DNA from: an uncultured Opitutales bacterium
GTDB lineage: Bacteria > Verrucomicrobiota > Verrucomicrobiia > Opitutales > Intestinicryptomonadaceae
Direction: 5' to 3'
Assembly (NCBI GenBank): GCA_934613415.1
Contig: CAKTSY010000001.1
Location: 30,001 to 62,000, forward strand
DNA: 32,000 bases
Part shown: piece by piece, positions 18,159 to 25,525 of the stretch
How positions within the stretch are numbered: the stretch's first letter is position 1
Layout: each line of letters begins with the position of its first letter
Made by a program: the position numbers and the translations under genes
Notes under the pieces: generated by a model
Seen by the model: only the letters and a program-made list of their open reading frames with translations
Told to the model about the DNA's origin: nothing
The model's database searches: none

Positions 18159-19046
18159 ATGAATACAATAAAAAGACTTTTATTAAAAATTTTAAATACC
18201 TGCACATTGTTTTTTGAAAATTTCAAAAAAAGGGTACCTGTTATAGTTCCGGCTTTTAGCGGAAATTTGTTAAACGATCGTACCGCTTTGATAACTGGAG
18301 GAACACAAGGGATTGGATTTGCCATTGCCGAAGCTTTTGCAAGAAATAACGCCACAGTTATAATTACAGGCAGGAATATTCAACGCATAAACACTGCGTT
18401 GAATGCCTTAAAAAACAATAATCCGGAAAAGGCTGAGAACTTTTTTGGAATTGTAATGGATGTCTCTAAACCAGAATTGTTTGAGGCTAAATTAGACGAA
18501 ATTTCACACCTAATTGGAGGTAAGAAAATAGATATTTTAGTAAACAATGCTGGAATAATGAAAGGTTCTTTAGAAAATGTAACCGAAAACGATTTTGATG
18601 AAGTGCTAAATACAAATGTAAAAGGGGCCTACTTTCTTTCGCGCGTGGTTGCAAAACATATGGTAAAAAATAATGTGGCGGGGAATATACTTAATATCGC
18701 ATCTTCGTCTAGCTTAAGACCTGCAATTTCGCCATATGCGCTCTCTAAATGGAGCATTAGGGGAATGACAATGGGTTTTGCCAAGTCGTTGATAAAATAT
18801 AACATAGTTGTAAATGCTATTGCACCCGGGCCTACAGCAACGCCTTTGCTTGTTAACATGGCTAAAGAAAATATTTCATGCAAAAACTCGCCAAGCAAGC
18901 GGTTTGCTACCTCGCAAGAAATTGCAAATATGGCAGTAATTTTAACGAGCAATCTTTCAAGAATGGTTGTTGGCGATGTTGTCTATATGACAGGAGGCTG
19001 TGCTAACTTAACCTACGACGACATTAACTACGATATAAATTTTTAA
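18159..19046 (+). CDS. Short-chain dehydrogenase/reductase (SDR, FabG-like)
   Basis: 295 aa. 'ALITGGTQGIGFAIA' (TGxxxGxG), 'NNAG', and catalytic 'SSS...YALSKWS' (S...YxxxK). Confidence 0.85.
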   Translation: MNTIKRLLLKILNTCTLFFENFKKRVPVIVPAFSGNLLNDRTALITGGTQGIGFAIAEAFARNNATVIITGRNIQRINTALNALKNNNPEKAENFFGIVMDVSKPELFEAKLDEISHLIGGKKIDILVNNAGIMKGSLENVTENDFDEVLNTNVKGAYFLSRVVAKHMVKNNVAGNILNIASSSSLRPAISPYALSKWSIRGMTMGFAKSLIKYNIVVNAIAPGPTATPLLVNMAKENISCKNSPSKRFATSQEIANMAVILTSNLSRMVVGDVVYMTGGCANLTYDDINYDINF

Positions 19047-19054
19047 GCGATTTT

Positions 19055-20098
19055 ATGCAAAAAGCGGTTTTCGATAAGTTTTCATTTTTGGCATTTTATA
19101 TGTCGCTGCTTGTAGTTGGCATTCATTTAAGCGTAGACGTATTTTATAATTTTGATTTCGATAAACCAATTGATAAGCTTATTTACAACCAAATTTACTT
19201 TGTGCGCGATGCTTTGGCTTTGATTGCTGTTCCCGCATTCTTTATAAAGTCGGGAATTTTGTTCTTTGCCAACTTTACACTAAAAGACTACTTTAAGAAA
19301 ATTAAACGCAGGTTCTTTTCTATATTTATACCGTTTTGCGTATGGAATTTGCTTTGTTATTTCTTTAACTTGGCAATCTGCAATTTTCCATTTACGGCTA
19401 AATTTGTGCAAAATAGAAGCGTAGATTTTGGTGTTTCGGAGTTCTTTGGCGCAATGTTTTTATATACAAACAACCCTGTAAACTGGTTTTTGTTTCAGCT
19501 GATGTTTTTTGCAATAATTTCGCCTGTATTTTACTATTTGGCAAAAAATGTTTATATTGCAGGCTTTGTTATTATTGCTTGCTTGTGTAATTTTGCGTGT
19601 GTAAACGAGTTTTTTGGCCGTTTTTATCTGCAATATTTACCAACAGCATTTGGAGCATATCTTTTTGGCGTTGTAATTGGTGTGCACTATAAAAATGCTT
19701 TAAATTACATATATAAAGCATCTACCGTGACAATTAGCTGGGTGTTTTTTGCAATCTTTTTGGCGACAATATTCTACATAAAAACGCATAATGGCATAAT
19801 TATTTCGCCACAATTCTCGATTATTGGTGCAATTATATGTTTGTGGGTGGGCATAAGCAGGATGCATTTTACCCCAAAATGGTGGTATGGGGCGTCGTTT
19901 ATAATTTACGAATCGCAAGTAATTGTGGCGTCTTCAATATTAAAAGTAATTTTAATTTTGCTGCCTAAAAACAGCTTTTGCGCCGCAGTTAATTTTTACG
20001 CAACAATAGCGTTAAGCGCGCTTGTTGGCGTTTGCATTTTTAGCATAACAAAAAAATATTGCCCAAAAGTTTTTGCCTGTCTTAACGGCGGCAGGTAG
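19055..20098 (+). CDS. Integral-membrane acyltransferase (acyltransferase-3/O-acetyltransferase-like)
   Basis: 347 aa with about 10 TM helices. An early conserved-looking His ('LLVVGIHL'). Terminal position in the glycan locus. The call rests on architecture and context. Confidence 0.5.
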   Translation: MQKAVFDKFSFLAFYMSLLVVGIHLSVDVFYNFDFDKPIDKLIYNQIYFVRDALALIAVPAFFIKSGILFFANFTLKDYFKKIKRRFFSIFIPFCVWNLLCYFFNLAICNFPFTAKFVQNRSVDFGVSEFFGAMFLYTNNPVNWFLFQLMFFAIISPVFYYLAKNVYIAGFVIIACLCNFACVNEFFGRFYLQYLPTAFGAYLFGVVIGVHYKNALNYIYKASTVTISWVFFAIFLATIFYIKTHNGIIISPQFSIIGAIICLWVGISRMHFTPKWWYGASFIIYESQVIVASSILKVILILLPKNSFCAAVNFYATIALSALVGVCIFSITKKYCPKVFACLNGGR

Positions 20099-20114
20099 TT
20101 TTTTAGATTAAGTT

Positions 20115-20138
20115 TTTGCCGAACTTTATTTCGGCAAA
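20115..20138 (+). terminator. Hairpin ending the glycan operon
   Basis: TTTGCCGAA (20115-20123) pairs with TTCGGCAAA (20130-20138) across a 6-nt loop. The downstream T-tract is poor. Confidence 0.45.
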
Positions 20139-20302
20139 ATAGCTTTTGGTTTGTAAAGGGTCATTGCCAAGGCTACTTTGTAGTTTTACATTTGCCTTTT
20201 AAAACCAGACTTTTTTCTAGCTAATCGAAAAAAATAAGAATAGTTTTTCAGTGAATTATTTACTGGGTTTTAGCTAAGAATACGCTTAGGGCAAATATTC
20301 AT

Positions 20303-20355
20303 AACATATTTAAAATAAGCGTGTTAAGCCATACAAATACACAGATTAAGCCCTT
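20303..20355 (+). repeat. Left copy of an imperfect direct repeat bracketing the AT-rich island
   Basis: AACATATTT (20303-20311), AAATAAGC, GTGTT and TAAGCCCTT (20347-20355) recur collinearly at 25367-25394. Confidence 0.25.
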
Positions 20356-21295
20356 TATTAATTTACAGCTCCATCTGTCGCACAACCTACATTATGTCGC
20401 ATTGTATAATATATCTAAAATTGCTAAGGTATATGTACGGTATACAAGTGGCTTAATTTTACTAAAAAATTGCCCTTCCGTTCAGCTAAAAAAACGATTG
20501 CAAACAGCGGTGTTAATAAGTGGTTTTTACGTTCTTAATCAAATTCATTTGCCATAGTTTCCGCAAAAAAACGCTTTAGAAATATAAGCTCGCAACTTCT
20601 TTTCACTACATAGCAAAAAAGTGAATCATTTTTATTGCGATAGTTTAGGAAATCTAAAATTTACCTAAAACTTAAATCGAAAAATTCCGAATTGTCTGCG
20701 GTATTGAGCGGATACAAAGTAGAATTTTTCGCCCCTTTTATAAATATCAGCTTTCAAAACTCTAAGCGAAGATTCTAAGATATATGTTTTCCAATTTTCT
20801 GGATAATTTTATCTTTTGTTTTCTAAAGCGGTTTTAGTTTGGAAAAAACGTCTTCGTATTTTTACAAGGATTTTCAGTCCTCCGTACGGGGAAACGAACC
20901 TTTTTATTGTAAATACACCGTTGTATTTTTTATGTGCTTTTGCAACTTTACCGTTTTATATTCAATAGCTAAAATTTTATTTTTTGTTTGCAAGAAACCA
21001 GATAAATGATTTTCCGTTAGTCTGTTATGGTAAATTGCTGTTGGCATTACTTCTCCCCTGCTTAGGGATTTAATTGAATGCCAAAGCGGTTTTTTGCCCT
21101 ATTCTATTTTTTGCAGCTTTTTCTTGACGATAACAATATATTCAACAAGTCTTTGTGCAGAATCCGAGAATAGTTCGAAAGAGCTTGGTAGTTCTGATGG
21201 GTCGCTTTTTAGCGTCAACGAGGGCTGCGTCCATCTCGGATTCCCTTTTTTATGTATGCAATTAAATACGCGTTAGCTGCTGTTTTAAAACCTCG

Positions 21296-21613
21296 TTAGC
21301 GGCGTTTGTCAGTTTTTAGAACGTATATTAAATAAGAAAACAGCACCGAAAGCACGCCAGCTATGCAGATAGAGGAAATAAATACCACCTTTAAAATGCT
21401 GGGATAATAGTAGAACGCAAATATTGTTGCTAAAGTTGAAGAAACTAGGAAAACTGCCCCAAAAAGATTTGAATAAAACCAAGTTTTGTTGTTAAGCATA
21501 GACCACTTTGTTCTTACGCCAAATTTTTTATTTATACGCGTAAAAGGCATTGGCAAGGCAACTAAAGCTACAACAATAGATACAATTAAGATTAAATATA
21601 CTTCAGTTTCCAT
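21296..21613 (-). CDS. SdpI/YhfL-family-like small membrane protein
   Basis: 105 aa with 3 TM helices. The loop 'PFTRINKKFGVRTKWSMLNNKTWFYSNLFGAVFL' resembles the SdpI/YhfL signature (N..fG.RT.W......W). Confidence 0.45.
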   Translation of the reverse strand: METEVYLILIVSIVVALVALPMPFTRINKKFGVRTKWSMLNNKTWFYSNLFGAVFLVSSTLATIFAFYYYPSILKVVFISSICIAGVLSVLFSYLIYVLKTDKRR

Positions 21614-21834
21614 TAGTTAGTTAGTTAAAAACTGCGATTCTCAGAATCTGCATTATTTTCAAAGATTGTTAGTATTTTGTATACCATATCTTTAGTTTGA
21701 TTTCAACGTTTTGTAATTGTGGTTTTGTAAAGAAATTTTACGGACTATTGAACGTGTAGTTTTGAAAAAGTTTTGACAGTTTATCATATTATAGGCATTA
21801 CTAAAAGTTGTCTGAACCGAATTTATATAGCTTT

Positions 21835-22215
21835 ATGTCAACTAAATTGATAAAATTTGTAGCTGTTACTGCGCTGATGTTGGTTTTATTTTTATGCGCA
21901 ATTAACCACTTAACATATAGAATCGGATACGGTATCCCCGGAGGAGAAATCGACTTTTTAGGGCTTACAAAACAAGAAGTTGCAGAAAAACTTAAGGAAA
22001 ATAAAATTGATGGACTTATATTTGCAGATGGATATAACGGAAAAAGCTATAAAAACATTGAGGAGCTAATGTCCGACCTGTTGATAATGAAATCTAACAG
22101 TTGGGGGGTAAATTGTAAACAAGCAGGAAATATAACGTATATCCAACTTCTTTTATTTGATACTACCGGAATCGTATACAAACAAAAAATCAGTCATTCT
22201 TTTGACGGACCATAA
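21835..22215 (+). CDS. Hypothetical membrane-anchored protein
   Basis: The ATG at 21835 gives 'MSTKLIKFVAVTALMLVLFLCAINHL' (N-terminal anchor) plus a domain of about 100 aa with no recognisable motifs. The ORF track starts at a TTG at 21808. Confidence 0.4.
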   Translation: MSTKLIKFVAVTALMLVLFLCAINHLTYRIGYGIPGGEIDFLGLTKQEVAEKLKENKIDGLIFADGYNGKSYKNIEELMSDLLIMKSNSWGVNCKQAGNITYIQLLLFDTTGIVYKQKISHSFDGP

Positions 22216-22422
22216 TTGCCGTAGAAAAGCACTTAAAAGGCTTGCATTAAAAGCTAATAAAGCAATTTTGCATATTTTTGCAACTTATTGAAATGCAAAA
22301 AAATCTAGCAATAATAGATATTGATTGACGAATAATAAAACAATTCTAACCTAAGAAACGTTGTAAGGCGCGTTTTATAAATTGCTTTGCATAACTAGCA
22401 CAATAACAGAAGGAAACCTAAA

Positions 22423-23313
22423 ATGAACAAGTTAAAGATGTTTGCCCTATTGTTTTGCGTTGCGGGGCTTCTTGCCGCATGCAACAGCAGCAGTCAAACG
22501 CCTATTACAAAGCGCGAAAGCTACTACCCCAACGGAGCGCCTTTTTCTGTTATTCACTACAACAAAGACAAAAAATATATAGGCACGCATTACTATCCCG
22601 ACGGCACGCCGATGAATTTTTCTAGGGGAAGCATACGCGATATTGATGAAAAAAGCATTTCTTTAAATTACGAAACTTCTTTAAATTTTTACCCTGACGG
22701 CACGATAATTCCCAAACACATCTTAAAAGAAAAAGATTTTGCCTACGATATTTTTGGAACTATACATTTTGCAGACAACGGCAAAAAACTTTTGGCAGAT
22801 TTTTGCGGAAAACGGATTGGAAACAAGTATATTTTGTCGCTATACGTTTACCCCGACAGCAAAAACGGCGAAATTATTGATAGGTTTATTTTAAAATGCG
22901 CTTATAAAAGCTCAAAATGGGTTGCAAAATTAGATACACTTTTTGGCATTTACAAATTTGGACACAGCATAACAAAAGACGGAGAGCTTAGCGTTAAATT
23001 GCTAAATCCAACTACAAACGAAAAGATTTTAGAGCTAAACGGTTTTGAAAAGCTAAAAGAGCTAAAAAACAGGAATCATAAACAAAACATTTGCAATATT
23101 GACTTGGATAAAGGCAGCGCAATGAAAATTGCAGAAGCCCTATTGTGCCATATTTATGGCGACAAAGTTTTGCAGCAAAAACCGTGGATTATAAAAGAAA
23201 CAAAAGAAACATTTATTATTAAAGGCACCCTTCATTCCAAATTAGGTGGTGTTGCAAAAATAGAAATATCGAAGAAAACCGGCAGTCTTTTAAATTACAT
23301 ACACGGTAAATAA
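22423..23313 (+). CDS. Lipoprotein with YwqK/MORN-variant repeats and an NTF2-fold-immunity-like C-terminal domain
   Basis: AAGGAA SD. Lipobox 'GLLAAC'. Repeats 'YYPNGAPFSVIHYNKDKKYIGTHYYPDGTPMNF' and 'NFYPDGTI'. The C-terminus 'AMKIAEALLCHIYGDKVLQQKPWIIKETKETFIIKGTL...GGVAKIEISKKTGSLLNYIHGK' matches my memory of the Imm-NTF2 pattern (..YG....kP....W.V.GtL..GG....I.k.G.il...HGK). Confidence 0.5.
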   Translation: MNKLKMFALLFCVAGLLAACNSSSQTPITKRESYYPNGAPFSVIHYNKDKKYIGTHYYPDGTPMNFSRGSIRDIDEKSISLNYETSLNFYPDGTIIPKHILKEKDFAYDIFGTIHFADNGKKLLADFCGKRIGNKYILSLYVYPDSKNGEIIDRFILKCAYKSSKWVAKLDTLFGIYKFGHSITKDGELSVKLLNPTTNEKILELNGFEKLKELKNRNHKQNICNIDLDKGSAMKIAEALLCHIYGDKVLQQKPWIIKETKETFIIKGTLHSKLGGVAKIEISKKTGSLLNYIHGK

Positions 23314-23376
23314 ATGTGGCACAAAGAATTGAAAAATTTTTTGCGCGTTTCTTATAGACACTTTAATATTTAGCTA

Positions 23377-23631
23377 ATGAATAACAATTCTGCAAAGCAT
23401 TTTTTATGCAAGCTGTTTGGCTTTTCAATAGCGGCACTTTCTTTTGTCTTTTTGTGGGGTTATATTTTAAAATTAATAACAAACTCTAACGCAATTGTTG
23501 CATATTTATGCAATTTATTTGGCAACTGCCAAATTGCAGCCGACTTTATTTTTGTTATATCCGCCATTCCCCCACTGGTAATATTTGCAGCAATAATAAC
23601 TTTGTTTAAGAGGCTAACGATATGGCAGTAA
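23377..23631 (+). CDS. Hypothetical small 2-TM membrane protein
   Basis: 84 aa with two hydrophobic helices. Overlaps the next ORF by 10 nt, which suggests coupled translation. Confidence 0.35.
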   Translation: MNNNSAKHFLCKLFGFSIAALSFVFLWGYILKLITNSNAIVAYLCNLFGNCQIAADFIFVISAIPPLVIFAAIITLFKRLTIWQ

Positions 23632-24254
23632 GCGGAATGAATAAGATAATGCAAAACATAGTAAAAACTACTGCCCTATTCTTTGCTGCAATAGTGGTTT
23701 GTGGCTGCAATGGTGCTTCATTTTTTAAAGCGCAAAACCATAATACGGCTTACGCGACCGACAAAGACTATATAGAGTGCGCAAATACGATAAAAAAGTA
23801 TCCTTACACGCAGTTAATTGAAAGCTTAAAGCAGGGCAACGATTTCTTTATAGCAGTTATAACCTACAATTCAAGTTGGGGAATGTTCCCAAATTACATA
23901 TATTTGCAAAATCCAAAAGGGTTTAGTGCAAACAATGCCAGTATTATTCCGCTAAACAAAGAAATGTATAGCAAAGTTTTGCCCTTAGTTGAAAATCATA
24001 TTAGCTTTGGTAACTCTACATTCATAAAAGGCGGGCAAAATTCCATACCTGCAATATTCCATCTAGTAATAGTATACAACAAAGGCAAAACGGCAGAGAT
24101 TATATTAAGCAAGCTTTCGAACGAAACAACAAAACGCTACGAAAACGGTTTGTGTAGCGACTCGCCCTTTTTATTCTTGTTAAATTTAGCAAACACAACA
24201 AACACAAGCGAAATGTTTGAATCTATTTACGGTATTCCACCAACAATTTACTGA
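23622..24254 (+). CDS. Hypothetical lipoprotein
   Basis: 210 aa. Signal with lipobox 'VVCGC'. The start may instead be the ATG at 23637 (MNKIMQ...). No recognisable domain. Confidence 0.45.
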   Translation: MAVSGMNKIMQNIVKTTALFFAAIVVCGCNGASFFKAQNHNTAYATDKDYIECANTIKKYPYTQLIESLKQGNDFFIAVITYNSSWGMFPNYIYLQNPKGFSANNASIIPLNKEMYSKVLPLVENHISFGNSTFIKGGQNSIPAIFHLVIVYNKGKTAEIILSKLSNETTKRYENGLCSDSPFLFLLNLANTTNTSEMFESIYGIPPTIY

Positions 24255-24307
24255 ATGCAAAAACCAACAATATTATAGGGATAATATAATTAAAATTTGA
24301 ATAGAAA

Positions 24308-24955
24308 ATGAACGTAAATATGAAATTTATGTTATTATTTCTGGTTGCTTTAGCTGTCGCGTGCAGCAGTATGCCAATAAGCGAAAGATATATTCATTCC
24401 GGGACAAGAGCGTTCAGCATTCATTACGGTAGTACCCAGTTCTCTGAACCCGAACCGAAATCGGGTCCGACCTATTTCTTTACGGCATTAACAACGGGTA
24501 AATTGAAAGAAGAGTCTACTCCTGCGCAGAAAGCCTATGCTTATACCTATTTGGCAAAAATAGAACTGCGTAAGGGGAATGTGCCCGAAGCGCTCAGATT
24601 ACTGAATAAAGCAGAAACAGAGTCCAATCTTTTCCCGTATAAAGACGAAATACTTGGCGATTATTATTTCAAGAATAGCGACTTTTCAAAAAGTAATGGC
24701 TACTATGTAAGTCTTATTCAGTGGATAGATAATAGGATTGCATCTCTTTCGGCGGGTTCTTTTGATGTGAACTCGTTGGAATTTATGAATATTCGTTCAT
24801 ATGTGGATTCCAAGTTTGAAGATAAATATATGGATATGTTCAATAAAAAATTATCGAAAGAAACGAGGAAAAATCTTTATACTCAGTTTTTAGTTCAGAA
24901 GAAGATGCTTGCGCAGCAACGTATTTTACAAACATTTACCAAAAACAAAAACTAG
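24308..24955 (+). CDS. Hypothetical lipoprotein with TPR-like helical repeats
   Basis: 215 aa. Lipobox 'LAVAC'. TPR-like 'AYAYTYLAKIELRKGNVPEALRLLNKAE' and 'ILGDYYFKNSDFSKSNGYYVSL'. Confidence 0.45.
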   Translation: MNVNMKFMLLFLVALAVACSSMPISERYIHSGTRAFSIHYGSTQFSEPEPKSGPTYFFTALTTGKLKEESTPAQKAYAYTYLAKIELRKGNVPEALRLLNKAETESNLFPYKDEILGDYYFKNSDFSKSNGYYVSLIQWIDNRIASLSAGSFDVNSLEFMNIRSYVDSKFEDKYMDMFNKKLSKETRKNLYTQFLVQKKMLAQQRILQTFTKNKN

Positions 24956-24968
24956 GTTTAAACTTGCC

Positions 24969-25337
24969 ATGAACATAAATAAAATGAACAAAAGCAATCT
25001 TTCGATTTCGAGAATTATAGGGTTAATATTTTCCATATCGTTGTTTTTGCTTGGGTGTGTGCATACAAAAGATATGGAAGGTAAATATTTGACGAATTTA
25101 AAAGTAGACGAAATTGTTTGCAACTCGGCTTTGTCTGCCATAAAAATTAGCGGGCATTATGGCGAAAGCGCATACGGAATTGAAAAAATTGATATAGCAA
25201 AAGAAAAAGACGCCATCTACATAACCGGCAAAGTTGCAGCCGACAACCTTGGAGATATAAACTTAACAATAGATATTCCCGTGGGGGTTGCAAAAGTTTA
25301 CTTTTGCGGAAAAGAAATTTGGCAAAGAAAAAAATAA
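24969..25337 (+). CDS. Hypothetical small lipoprotein
   Basis: The ATG at 24969 gives 'MNINKMNKSNLSISRIIGLIFSISLFLLGC' (lipobox LLGC). The ORF-track start at 24909 would overlap the previous gene and adds non-signal residues. Confidence 0.45.
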   Translation: MNINKMNKSNLSISRIIGLIFSISLFLLGCVHTKDMEGKYLTNLKVDEIVCNSALSAIKISGHYGESAYGIEKIDIAKEKDAIYITGKVAADNLGDINLTIDIPVGVAKVYFCGKEIWQRKK

Positions 25338-25366
25338 TATAAGTTTTGCGCCGATTTTGCCGACAC

Positions 25367-25394
25367 AACATATTTGTGTTTTAAATAAGCCCTT
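25367..25394 (+). repeat. Right copy of the imperfect direct repeat bracketing the AT-rich island
   Basis: AACATATTT (25367-25375), GTGTT, TTAAATAAGC and TAAGCCCTT (25386-25394). The same words occur in the same order at 20303-20355. ACACAA/TTGTGT also forms a weak hairpin here. Confidence 0.25.
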
Positions 25395-25525
25395 GCCCTA
25401 CTTTGTTTTTATGAGAACAAAATGTTAAGGCGATATATTTCGCCTAACTAGAGCAAAAAATATGACCGGCTTAAAGCTAATGCCTAAAGCGCGGCCATTG
25501 TTTTTGTGTGGTACGGGTTTTTGTT

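Noticed and set aside
20321-21276. ORFs 20321-20557 (78 aa) and 21094-21276 (60 aa) in the ORF-poor spacer
   Set aside because: They have non-ATG or weak starts, no RBS, and implausible composition, and they match nothing I recognise. I treat the region as non-coding or decayed.
21636-21648. The palindrome GATTCT-C-AGAATC in the divergent intergenic region, as a possible operator
   Set aside because: It has only 6-bp arms, no second copy and no adjacent regulator gene. It is too short to separate from chance, so I mention it only under the SdpI-like finding.
24909-24968. The upstream start of the last island ORF, overlapping the preceding gene by 47 nt
   Set aside because: The ATG at 24969 gives a canonical lipoprotein signal. 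The upstream residues are non-hydrophobic and overlap the previous coding region.
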